Below are positions 29,197 through 38,542 of a stretch of DNA of 64,000 nucleotides, piece after piece. A program made the position numbers and the translations under genes. This stretch comes from an uncultured delta proteobacterium (lineage in GTDB: Bacteria > Myxococcota_A > Polyangia > Polyangiales > Polyangiaceae). A model generated the notes under the pieces. It searched no databases. It saw only the letters and a list, made by a program, of their open reading frames with translations, and had not been told where the DNA came from. The stretch is from NCBI GenBank assembly GCA_963850305.1, contig CAWKKR010000008.1, forward strand, positions 640,001 to 704,000, in the 5' to 3' direction. Position 1 is the first letter of the stretch. Each line of letters begins with the position of its first letter.

Positions 29197-30453
29197 GTGC
29201 AGGGACGGAAGCGCGTCGCAGCCTTCTTGAGCCTATCGGCCGCGACCGTGCTGGCCCAGGGCGCGCCTCCCTGGACTTTACGGGATCGGCCTGGGCTGCC
29301 GGACGATGCACGAAGCGTAACGATCGTTCGGAAGAACGAGCCCATCTTCACGAGTCCGGACTCGAGCGCCCCACGCCGCGGCGCAGCCGCGATCGGCGCG
29401 CGGCTGCCGCTCTACGGCGCCAGGCGAGGCCCCGGGTGCAGGAGCGACTGGCTCCTCGTCGGCCCCGTCGCATGGATGTGCGGCGACGCGACGGAGGTCT
29501 CTACGGAACCACCGCTCTCCGCAGACTCGGACACGCCTTCGAGCGCGGACGGGTTACCCGAGAAGTATTCTTTCATCGGCGATGAAGGAGCTCTCGCCTA
29601 CGCCGACCTCGCGTCTGCGGGCGAAGAGGCGCCGACGGAAGAACTGCAGCCCGGCTTCGCCGTCTCCATCACGGAGACCCGTAACGGGCCGCGCGGTGAT
29701 CCGTTCTCGCTCACGACGAAGGGACTCTGGATCGCGGCCGCCAACCTCGTCCCGGTGCGGCCCCTCGACTTTCATGGCTACGCCGTGATCGGCGGGGAGC
29801 TCGATCACGGCTGGGTGGTAGCCGACGTCGCGAGAGTGCACGCGACGCCCGGCGAGCCGAAGCTCACGGGCGCGGTGAGACGCCGCTTCGAGACGTTCCC
29901 CGTGCTCGAGTCGCGCGACGTGAAGGGACGAACGTGGGTCCGCGTCGCAGAAGGTGCGTGGCTCGACGGCGACGACGTCCGTGTACCCGTCGCGAGCGCG
30001 CCCCCCGCCGAGGCACGTGCCGGCGAACGATGGCTCGACGTGGATCTGGAGCACCAGGTCGTGACGGCGTACGAGGGTGAGCGCGCCGTCTACACGACGC
30101 TGACCTCGACCGGGGTGGGGCGTGGCGACGACGTCACCGCGACCCCGCTCGGGGTCCACCGGATCTGGGTCAAACTCCGCACGACCGACATGACCAACCT
30201 CGAGGATGCCGAAGCCCGTCGCTATTACGCGATCGAGGATGTGCCCTGGGTGATGTTCTTCCAGAAGGGTTACGGCTTCCACGGAGCGTTCTGGCACCGA
30301 TCGTTCGGACACGTCAGGAGTCACGGATGCGTGAACCTGACGCCGCTCGACGCGGAGCAATTATTTCGATGGGCAAGCCCACGCTTGCCCGCGGGCTGGA
30401 CGGCCGTGCTTCCCACCGAATACGACCCAGGGACGCTCGTTCGAGTACGATGA
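29197..30453 (+). CDS. L,D-transpeptidase (YkuD family)
   Basis: VDLEHQ, STG, TPLG, catalytic HGAFWH...SHGCVNL. GTG start inferred. Confidence 0.88.
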   Translation: MQGRKRVAAFLSLSAATVLAQGAPPWTLRDRPGLPDDARSVTIVRKNEPIFTSPDSSAPRRGAAAIGARLPLYGARRGPGCRSDWLLVGPVAWMCGDATEVSTEPPLSADSDTPSSADGLPEKYSFIGDEGALAYADLASAGEEAPTEELQPGFAVSITETRNGPRGDPFSLTTKGLWIAAANLVPVRPLDFHGYAVIGGELDHGWVVADVARVHATPGEPKLTGAVRRRFETFPVLESRDVKGRTWVRVAEGAWLDGDDVRVPVASAPPAEARAGERWLDVDLEHQVVTAYEGERAVYTTLTSTGVGRGDDVTATPLGVHRIWVKLRTTDMTNLEDAEARRYYAIEDVPWVMFFQKGYGFHGAFWHRSFGHVRSHGCVNLTPLDAEQLFRWASPRLPAGWTAVLPTEYDPGTLVRVR

Positions 30454-30472
30454 CCCTCGTGGAGACGCTCGC

Positions 30473-32117
30473 GTGGTCTCGATAGTGCACGCCGCGCGCG
30501 ACATCGGTCGCGTCCGAGACATTTCGGCGGTCCTCGCTCGCTACGGATTCGGCGAGGTGCTGGGGAAAATGGGCTTCGGACCGAAGCGCAGCGAGCCCGC
30601 GGACTCGGAGGCGAGAGGCCGGTCGTGGGCGACGCGGCTCCGCATGGCGCTGGAAGAACTGGGGCCATCGTTCGTGAAGCTCGGGCAGATCATGTCCACG
30701 AGGGCGGACCTGCTCCCGCCGGAACTCATCGCCGAACTCACCAAGCTTCAAGACTCGGTACCGCCGGTGGCGTTCGCGGAGATCAAGGAGCAAGTGGAGC
30801 GCTCCCTCGGCGCCGACCTCGGCGAAATCTTCGCGGAGGTGGACGAGACGCCGCTCGCAGCCGCCAGCATCGCTCAAGTGCACCGCGGAAAGCTGCGTAC
30901 GGAAGATGGCTTAATGGATGTCGTCGTCAAGGTGCAGCGCCCCGGCATCGGCGACACCATCTCGAGCGACCTCGACATCTTGCACACATTTGCCGCGCTC
31001 CTCGAGCGCGCGGTCCCGGAGAGCCGGATCTATTCGCCGGTCGGGCTCGTGCACCAGTTCGACCGAGCCATCACGAGCGAGCTCGATTTCGTGACGGAAG
31101 CGGAGAACGCCGTTCGCTTCGCGCAGAACTTCGAAGGGTACAAGAACGTCAAGTTCCCGAAGGTCTATCGCCGGGCGACGAGCAAGCACGTGATCACGCT
31201 CGAATATCTCGACGGGAAAAAGATCTTCGACGCGATCGCGGCGGGACATTCGGGGAAGACGCTCACGCGACTCGCGATGGACGTCCTCGTGAAACAAGTG
31301 TTCGAGGACGGGTTTTTCCACGCCGACCCGCACCCCGGGAACGTTCTCGTCCTCGGCACTCCCGAGGACCCGACCTTGGCGATGCTCGATCTCGGCATGG
31401 TCGGCCGGCTCAGCCCCCGTCTTCGTGATCTCGCCGTCGATCTCGATGATCGCGGCGGTGCGGAAGGACTGCGAGGCGATCGCCGACGTTCTCTATTCGA
31501 TCGGCACACCGACGAAGAAGATCGACATGCACGCGTATCGTGCGGAGGTCGCGATGCTGGCGGAGAAGTACCTCGGCAAGCAGCTCAAGGACATAGAACT
31601 GTCGGCCATCATCCGGGACATTGCACAGGGCGCGATGAAGTTCGGGCTGGAAGTGCCCACTGATTTTTTGTTGGTCGGCAAAGCTTTGATGACGACCGAG
31701 GGCGTGGCCAAGGCCGTCGCGCCCGATCTCGACGTGTTCGAAGAAGCGCGACCGCTCTTTCTCGACCTCGTGAGGAAGCGGTACTCACCGGAGAGGCTCG
31801 GCAACGAGTTGCTCCGGCGCCTCGAGCGGCTGAGCGGCGCAACGTCGGATCTGCCGGAGCAAATTCGCGACGTCCTCGACGATCTGCGCTTCGGCCGGCT
31901 CACGGTGCGCACGACCAATCCCGACTCGACCGGTGCAAGCGATCGTCTCGGACGACGGATCTATTCCGGAATGGTCGCAAGCTCGCTCATCTTGTCGGGA
32001 GCCTGGGCGACGACTGCCGGCCGCGTGTACCCGGCGGTCGCGCTCTTTGCGTGTGCCGCGCTGCTGCTCTTCGGCCACACCCTTCGCGACACGATCAGGG
32101 CGTGGACGAAGCGGTGA
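30473..32117 (+). CDS. ABC1/UbiB-family atypical kinase; frameshift near 31445
   Basis: LGPSFVKLGQ, AASIAQVH, VKVQRP, ELDF, HADPHPGN, LDLGMVG. The C-terminus continues in ORF 31425..32117 (extra G in GATCTC-G-ATGATC). Confidence 0.88.
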
Positions 32118-32259
32118 CCCTCGCGCGAGCGGAGCCCGCGAGACGGATAGCCATTGCCCGCGTCGGCGGGCGAGCACGCGCATGAGGGCACCGCTCGCGC
32201 GCAGCCGGAGGCGGAGCACGAGCGGTCGGTGCGCGACGCTCCCCGCGGGGGAGCAGGAC

Positions 32260-32589
32260 TCACTGAATCTTGCTGTAGAGCAAGAACGACACGGCAAACG
32301 CGAAGAGCACCAGCGACTCGATGAGGGCCAAGCCGAGAATCATCGGGGTCTGGATACGGGGCGCCGCGCCCGGGTTTCGGCTGATGCCCTCGAGCGCGGC
32401 AGCGGCAGCCCGGCCCTGTCCGAGCGCGCCGCCGAGCGCGGCGAGCGCGATCGCGAGACCCGCACCAAGGGCGGCAGCCGCTTGAACGTTGAACGCGTTC
32501 GCGCCCGGGCCCTCCTGAGCAAAGGCGGACGAAGAGAGCAGAGCAGTCACCGAGCCCGCGAGGATGGCGAGCTTCTTCTTGTCGAGCAT
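32260..32589 (-). CDS. atpE: ATP synthase F0 subunit c
   Basis: GAGLAIALAALGGALGQG, ISRNP, LIESL. Confidence 0.95.
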   Translation of the reverse strand: MLDKKKLAILAGSVTALLSSSAFAQEGPGANAFNVQAAAALGAGLAIALAALGGALGQGRAAAAALEGISRNPGAAPRIQTPMILGLALIESLVLFAFAVSFLLYSKIQ

Positions 32590-32642
32590 TCGTTGGTCTC
32601 CTTGATTCGGCCGTACGACGCGCACCGGGTGGTGCGTCGAAA

Positions 32643-33415
32643 TCAGTGATGTTCTTCGTGCTCGGTGGCGAGCCCGATGTAGATGCAGGTGAGCAGAGTG
32701 AAAACGAGCGTTTGCACCAATACGACGATGCAAGCGAGGAAGATGACGGGGATCGGAACCAGCACGGTCAGAAAGCCCATGAAGATCGCGATCAGCAGAT
32801 GATCGACGGACATATTCAGCATGAGCCGGAGAGCGAGCGTGATGGGACGCACGAAGAGCGAGATGAGCTCGATCGGGAATACCAGCCACGCGAGATACCA
32901 GACCGGCCCCGCGAGGTGCTTCACGTAGCCGAAGCCGTTCTCGGTGAAGCCCCAGAAATTGAAGACGATGAAGACGATGAGCGCCGAGCCGAGCGTTACG
33001 TCGAGGCTCGTCGTCGCAACGGGGAAACCGGGAAGCAACTCCATGACGTTCGCACAGAAGACGAAACAGGCCGATGTCGCGATGAGGGGAAATATTTCTT
33101 CGCCCGCTCGGCGTCCATCACGTCTTTCGCGAGATTGTAGAAGTAGTCGAGGAAGACCTCGACGAACGTGCGAAGGGTGAGGCTCTCGTCCGGAATGATT
33201 GCAACGTCCCCCTGCTCGAGCCGCGACCGAACGAGACCCGCGATGACGAGAAGGATGAGACCGACGAGGATCGACGTCGCGACGGGTTCGAAGCTGTGCC
33301 ACGTCATCGGATGGTGGCCGACGAAGGTCTGCCCGAGCGCCTCGGCGTTTCCCGATAGCGTGTCCTTCATGTGGACGAGTACGAGGTGCGTGAGAAAACT
33401 GGTGTGCTCGGGCAT
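32643..33415 (-). CDS. atpB: ATP synthase F0 subunit a; frameshift at 33086-33089
   Basis: FPIELIS, RPITLALRLMLN, VQTLVFTLLT. The N-terminus is in ORF 32996..33415; one C is missing from a C-run. Confidence 0.93.
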
Positions 33416-33418
33416 CTC

Positions 33419-33799
33419 TCAACCCCCCTCGCGCGGAGAAGCGACCGGGAGAAGCCCTGCGATCGTGATACCGATCGGAAGGGCGGCATAGCCGGCCACC
33501 AACGCCAGTACGCTCACGACGCCCCCCTTCACCAGGAGCGCGACGAGCACCAGCAGTGCAGCCGCCTTGAGCAACGCGACTCCTGCCCAGCGCCCGCGTT
33601 CGCCGTCCAGGTATACGCGGACGAGGCGTTCGAGCACCCAGAGATTCGACGCGGCGAGCACCCCGCCGACGAGTACGCCGATCGCAGCGTGCGCGCCGAA
33701 AGCGAAGACCGATCCGGCGAGAAGCAGCGCTCCGCTCGCAGCGACGCTCACGTAGGCGGCCGTCATGCTCGCGTCTCTATCTGTCGTCTTCGTGGTCAT
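33419..33799 (-). CDS. atpI: ATP synthase protein I
   Basis: Four hydrophobic helices with GVLVGGVLAASN; lies upstream of atpB. Confidence 0.7.
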   Translation of the reverse strand: MTTKTTDRDASMTAAYVSVAASGALLLAGSVFAFGAHAAIGVLVGGVLAASNLWVLERLVRVYLDGERGRWAGVALLKAAALLVLVALLVKGGVVSVLALVAGYAALPIGITIAGLLPVASPREGG

Positions 33800-34049
33800 G
33801 AAAGTGCTGTCGCGCTGCCCTGTCTTTTCGTTCTTGTTCTTCCGCGTCCCGATTCGCTCGTTCGAGAGCCCTGAGGAGGGTCCGAATGGCCGCGGCCAGG
33901 CCGAATCCGAAACCGACGATCGTGAAGATGTAATGAGTGCCGAATCTTCGATCGAGCCATCGTCCGCCGAACATGCCGACGAGAATGCTCAGCGCGAAGT
34001 CGAGCCCGACCGTCGAGTAACTACCGATCCCTTTCCAGCTGCTGTTCAC
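33777..34049 (-). CDS. atpZ: AtpZ/AtpI-family small membrane protein
   Basis: VGLDFALSILVGMFGGRWLDRRFGT motif. Confidence 0.8.
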   Translation of the reverse strand: MNSSWKGIGSYSTVGLDFALSILVGMFGGRWLDRRFGTHYIFTIVGFGFGLAAAIRTLLRALERANRDAEEQERKDRAARQHFHDHEDDR

Positions 34050-34213
34050 AAATACTGTAAAAAAGGCGGCCTGCCATTAACACGGCTGGTGTTCTTGGGT
34101 CAATGAGCGCCTGCCCGGTTTGCGACAGCGCGCTCGGAAGCGGCCGTCCCGTGCAGCTTTTGCTCGAGGGATGCTGCGGGGACCATGCGTTGGAGTGCTA
34201 AGTTGTCACGGAC

Positions 34214-35150
34214 ATGCGGAAGTCACGCTTCGGCTTTCCGATGGGGATCTGGCGAGCGGGGGGACTGATCCTTTTCGCCCACGTTTGCCGTGCGCAAGCG
34301 CTGACGCCACCGGACCCGACCCAAATGCCGCGATCCTCGCAACCACCGGCAGCTGCGACGCCGATGGCACCAAAAGCGTCGTCGGCTCCGCCCGAGTCCA
34401 CGCTATCCGCGACCCCGGAACTGCCGCTCTACTACGTCGAACCGGCCCCGCCGCCGCCGGCGGGACCGGGCACGCCGCCTCAGCAGGGGCAATTCTTCGA
34501 AAGTGAACCGCCTCCTCCGACGCCCAGCGATGGCGTGCGCACCACCGCACTTTGGGTTGGCGCGCGCGCGGCGCTCTTCGTTCCATTCGGCAACGTTTGG
34601 TACGATGGGTTTCCGGGGGCCTACGGGACCGCGTACCGAGGCCGCAGCTTCGCAAACTTCGCGGCACCCGGCCCGGCCTTGGAACTAGACGCCGGTATAC
34701 GCCTCGCTCGGCAGTACAACGTGTTCGCTCTTTGGGAACACGCTTCGCTTGGGACGGGCGACCTGCAGAGCGGCAATTTCGCGGGGGGCCAGAATCGTGG
34801 GTCGACGAACCTTTTTGCGCTCGGCGTTCGGTACTCGACGGACCCGACGTCCGTCGGACTCCTGGTGGAGTTTGACATTGGCTATCGTGAGTTCACGACC
34901 AGCTGGGCGGACGACACTCGCTTGAGTCTGAGCCGCGGCTGGCCCGACGCCCGCTTCGGCATCGGAACCGACATTCGCTTGAGCCAGACATTTTCTGTGT
35001 CGCCCATGATTGTCCTCGGCGGCGGATTCGTTCACGAATATCTCCGCGTCCGGGCCGAACGCCGTGAACGTCGCGCGAGGACAGCCCTCCGAGCCCGCCG
35101 ACTACGGAACGCTCAGCCTGCAGATCGGTGCACACGCGGATCTTCTCTAG
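34214..35150 (+). CDS. Pro-rich N-terminus + outer-membrane beta-barrel-like protein; frameshift near 35027
   Basis: Amphipathic strands. Removing one T restores GGGSFTNIS...YGTLSLQIGAHADLL* ending at TAG 35150. Confidence 0.65.
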
Positions 35151-35171
35151 GAACCGCGCGGACCTCGACCA

Positions 35172-35948
35172 TCAATGGGTGCACGAACCGTTCGAGCAGG
35201 TCTCTCCGGGAGGGCAGTCCGAGGTCAGGAGGCACCCGGTGCACTTCCAGGTCTGCGGGTTGCAGTGCGGTGTCGATCCCGAGCAATTCGTGTCCGTCGC
35301 GCACGCCACGCACAGTCCGCCGGGACCGCAGACGGGTAAAGCCCTGGTACACTCGGCCCCGGCGTCGTAGCCGAAGCATTCAACGCAGACGTGCTGGGTC
35401 GTGTCGCATTTCGGCCGAAAGATGTCCGCGGTGCAATCAGCATCCGTATCGCACGTATCGTAGCAGCTACCGTTCACGGGATTGCAGGCGACGGGGCCCG
35501 CGCCGCAATTCGTGTTGCTGAGACATTCGACGCAGGCGCCGTTCGGCGAGCAATACGGAGTGGCGGCACGGCACTGGCTTGACGATGTGCACTGGACGCA
35601 CTTCAGTTTGACGGGATCGCAATAACCAAAGCCGGTCCCTGCACAGTTGACGTACGTCAAACATTGGACGCACGTCGCGCTCGTGGCGTCGCAATACGGA
35701 GTCGGCGGGGCACATTGTGAGTCATGCGCACAAGCGGTGGTCCCCGGCTCGCCGCCGGTGCCGACGGACGCGCCACCCCCTGAGCCTAGTCCCCCCGTTC
35801 CCATAGACGCCCCGCCACCTTTCGCTCCGCCGTCAACACCGAGGGTCGGATCCTTCACCGTCACGCAGCCGCCGAGCATGACCCCCGCGGCGGCGAGGTA
35901 GCAGCCGATCCTGACGCGAAAAAAGCTCTGACTCACTTTTTCAGACAT
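35172..35948 (-). CDS. Cysteine-rich repeat lipoprotein
   Basis: Lipobox LGGC, Gly linker, about 7 repeats of C-x2-[DN]-x2-C-x4-P-x-C...CVxC. Confidence 0.8.
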   Translation of the reverse strand: MSEKVSQSFFRVRIGCYLAAAGVMLGGCVTVKDPTLGVDGGAKGGGASMGTGGLGSGGGASVGTGGEPGTTACAHDSQCAPPTPYCDATSATCVQCLTYVNCAGTGFGYCDPVKLKCVQCTSSSQCRAATPYCSPNGACVECLSNTNCGAGPVACNPVNGSCYDTCDTDADCTADIFRPKCDTTQHVCVECFGYDAGAECTRALPVCGPGGLCVACATDTNCSGSTPHCNPQTWKCTGCLLTSDCPPGETCSNGSCTH

Positions 35949-36215
35949 GCGATCACGGAGCTCGCGTGGAAGAAAGCCGACCGACCGTAACGCGGAAGTA
36001 CCGCACGGTCTCCGGAAAAGGTTCGTCGCGAAGAGCGGAGTGATTCCGCTGGGATCGATTACTCGATCTTTACGTTACGTTGCGTGCGCCTCACGAATGA
36101 TTCACGCGGGTCGAGCCGCAGGACTGGCGGAAAGTTTGCCGAAAAACGGCGTTCGAAAAGCCCGCCGCTCGTCTTACGGTGCTGCCGAACCGCACGTGGC
36201 GGACAACACCTTCGA

Positions 36216-36968
36216 ATGAATTGCATCGGCCTCGTCGCTCTTTTCGTCGCGCTTCTGGTGGGAAAGCCTGCAGAAGCCGACTTGGCTTCGGCACTTGTGG
36301 GAGCTAGCTCGTCGCAGCACCCGCCTCCCGAAGTCAAAAGTGGCGAGCCCGGCGCGTCACCTCCGGCGCCTCCGGAGGGCAACGGTTCGTCCGACACTAC
36401 TTCCTCGCCGGCGTCTTCAGCGGAGGTCAGCGAGCCGCAGCCGGCGCCCCACGACGGCTCTCAACGAGCAGCCGGGGTTGCAACGCCGCAACCGGCATTT
36501 CCCGAAGACGTCCGTCAAGCGAACGACTCCCTTTACGTCGAAGCACTCGGGCCGGCGATCTACTATTCGCTCAATTACGATCGCATCATCGGGCCCGTCG
36601 CAGCGCGCATCGGCGTCGGCATGATGTTCGGCAAAGAAGAATCGCAGAACGGCGTGGGAGGCTCCGTGCCGACAACCCTTTTGCTGGCGATACCGATCAC
36701 CGTGAGCTACGTAGGCGACGGGCCGCTCTGGGACATGTTCGAGGCAGGCGCGGGAGTCGTCATCACGCATGTCGCAGCCCGGGCAAGCGGGCTCTACATC
36801 AAAGAGAATGCAACGGCCGTGACGGCTCCAATTGCGACAGCGTTCCTCGGATACCGATATCAGCCGCCCGATGGTGGTCTGCTGGTTCGCGTCGGCATCT
36901 CGACCCTGGTCAGTCGATATGGTTTCTATCCCGTTTGGCCATACGGCTCGCTCGGCGTCGCGTTCTAG
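36216..36968 (+). CDS. Small outer-membrane beta-barrel-like protein
   Basis: Signal peptide, YVEALG...YSLNYDR, GYRYQP, C-terminal YGSLGVAF. Confidence 0.7.
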   Translation: MNCIGLVALFVALLVGKPAEADLASALVGASSSQHPPPEVKSGEPGASPPAPPEGNGSSDTTSSPASSAEVSEPQPAPHDGSQRAAGVATPQPAFPEDVRQANDSLYVEALGPAIYYSLNYDRIIGPVAARIGVGMMFGKEESQNGVGGSVPTTLLLAIPITVSYVGDGPLWDMFEAGAGVVITHVAARASGLYIKENATAVTAPIATAFLGYRYQPPDGGLLVRVGISTLVSRYGFYPVWPYGSLGVAF

Positions 36969-38542
36969 CTCGTCGGAGTAATGCTCGGCGGAGCAGCCGG
37001 CAGGTACACCGAAAACCGGGTGCCCTTCGGCTCGAGCGGCGTGGCGCGAATCCGCCCTCCGTGCGCCTCGATGATCTCGCGCGTGATGACGAGACCAAGT
37101 CCAGTACCGTGCCCTTTTGTCGTGAAAAATGGCTCGAAGAGCCGTTCGCGAGCCTCCGCGTCGATGCCGCTTCCTGCGTCGTCGACGGTCAGTTCGGCGC
37201 CTTCGCCGGCACGCGAGACCCCGAGAACGATGCGACCACCTGACGGCATTGCCTCCCGCGCGTTCCGGAGCAAGTTGTAGAGCACCTGGCGAATCTGCGC
37301 CTCATCCACCACGATGGACGGCAAGCCCGGTTGCACCTCGAGGGCAACCGTGATCCCGTGAGCCTCGAGGTCCGCACGCATGAACGTGAGGGCGTCCCGG
37401 CAAATCTGGCCCAGGTCCTCGCTCTCGAGCCGGGGAGGTTTGCGGCGCGCTACCGACAAGTATCTCTCGCTGAGAGCAGTCAGCCGGTCCACCTCGCTCT
37501 TGACGGCGCGGAGCAGCGTCCGCGCTTCCGAATCCTCGGCTATCTCCTCTTCGAGCAGGTCGGCGTTCAGTGCGAGGGACGAGAGGGGGTTTCTGATTTC
37601 GTGCGTGACGTGCGCCGCCATCTTGCCGATGGTAGCGAGTCGCTCGGCGGCAAGGAGCTCCGCGTTCGCGCGAGCGATCGCTCTCACCATCGCTTCGAAG
37701 GTCGTGGCGAGTTCCCCGATTTCGTCGTTCGACGGCGTCATCGGCCGCGGCGTCAGATCGCCGCTCGCAACGGCTTTCGCCCTCTCCGTGACCGCGGCAA
37801 GCGGCGCGAGGACCCGCCGCGCGTAGAGCGCCATGAGGACGCCGACGATTAGTGTGAAGCCGGCTAGAGCAACCAAGAGTCGCATCGCCCACTGCTCCCG
37901 CGTGCGAGCCTCGGCGATCAGAGAATCCACGAGCGTGTCCACTCGCTGCTCGAGCTGGCTCAGGCGCCTCTTCGCCTGGTGACCGCGCGACACGAGCTGA
38001 TCGCGGAGCTGTTCGGCCCGATCTCCGTCACGATCATTCAGGGAGTCGAACAAGCGCGGCAGGAGATCACGGTCCCCTTCCAGGAAATGCTCGATGTCGT
38101 TCGCCTCCGCGGTGAACTCCGAGCCTGCGTGGCGCAGCGCGGGGTCGTCGGACGAAAAGGCGCTGGCGATCGCGTCGCGCAACGCCAGAAAGGTCTGTGG
38201 GCGGCCTCCTCGGAGGGCGATATCGAACCACACCCGCTGATCCGCTGGGTTTTTCGCGGACGTCACGTGGTTCAGCTGCGTGTTCCACACATCCTGACTT
38301 CCCACTGCGTCGCGCAGGGCAAGAGCCAGCGGGAGGTAACCGGAGCGCATCGTCACCGCGTCCCGGGCGGCACTGCGCAGGGCCGCGACGGACCATCCGA
38401 CGACAAGCGAAAACGCGAGCGCGACTATCGCATACGAGATCAGCACCCGCGTGGCGACGGTCCGCTTGCGGCCCCCACGCTCGGTTACGTGGCGGACGCC
38501 ATCCGGGGCGGACGGTTTCGATCCGGACGGACCCGCCGTCAT
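36965..38542 (-). CDS. Membrane sensor histidine kinase (TM-periplasmic-TM-HAMP-HisKA-HATPase)
   Basis: HAMP NDEIGEL; THEIRNPL; NLLRNA; FFTTK; GTGLGL. Confidence 0.92.
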   Translation of the reverse strand: MTAGPSGSKPSAPDGVRHVTERGGRKRTVATRVLISYAIVALAFSLVVGWSVAALRSAARDAVTMRSGYLPLALALRDAVGSQDVWNTQLNHVTSAKNPADQRVWFDIALRGGRPQTFLALRDAIASAFSSDDPALRHAGSEFTAEANDIEHFLEGDRDLLPRLFDSLNDRDGDRAEQLRDQLVSRGHQAKRRLSQLEQRVDTLVDSLIAEARTREQWAMRLLVALAGFTLIVGVLMALYARRVLAPLAAVTERAKAVASGDLTPRPMTPSNDEIGELATTFEAMVRAIARANAELLAAERLATIGKMAAHVTHEIRNPLSSLALNADLLEEEIAEDSEARTLLRAVKSEVDRLTALSERYLSVARRKPPRLESEDLGQICRDALTFMRADLEAHGITVALEVQPGLPSIVVDEAQIRQVLYNLLRNAREAMPSGGRIVLGVSRAGEGAELTVDDAGSGIDAEARERLFEPFFTTKGHGTGLGLVITREIIEAHGGRIRATPLEPKGTRFSVYLPAAPPSITPTS

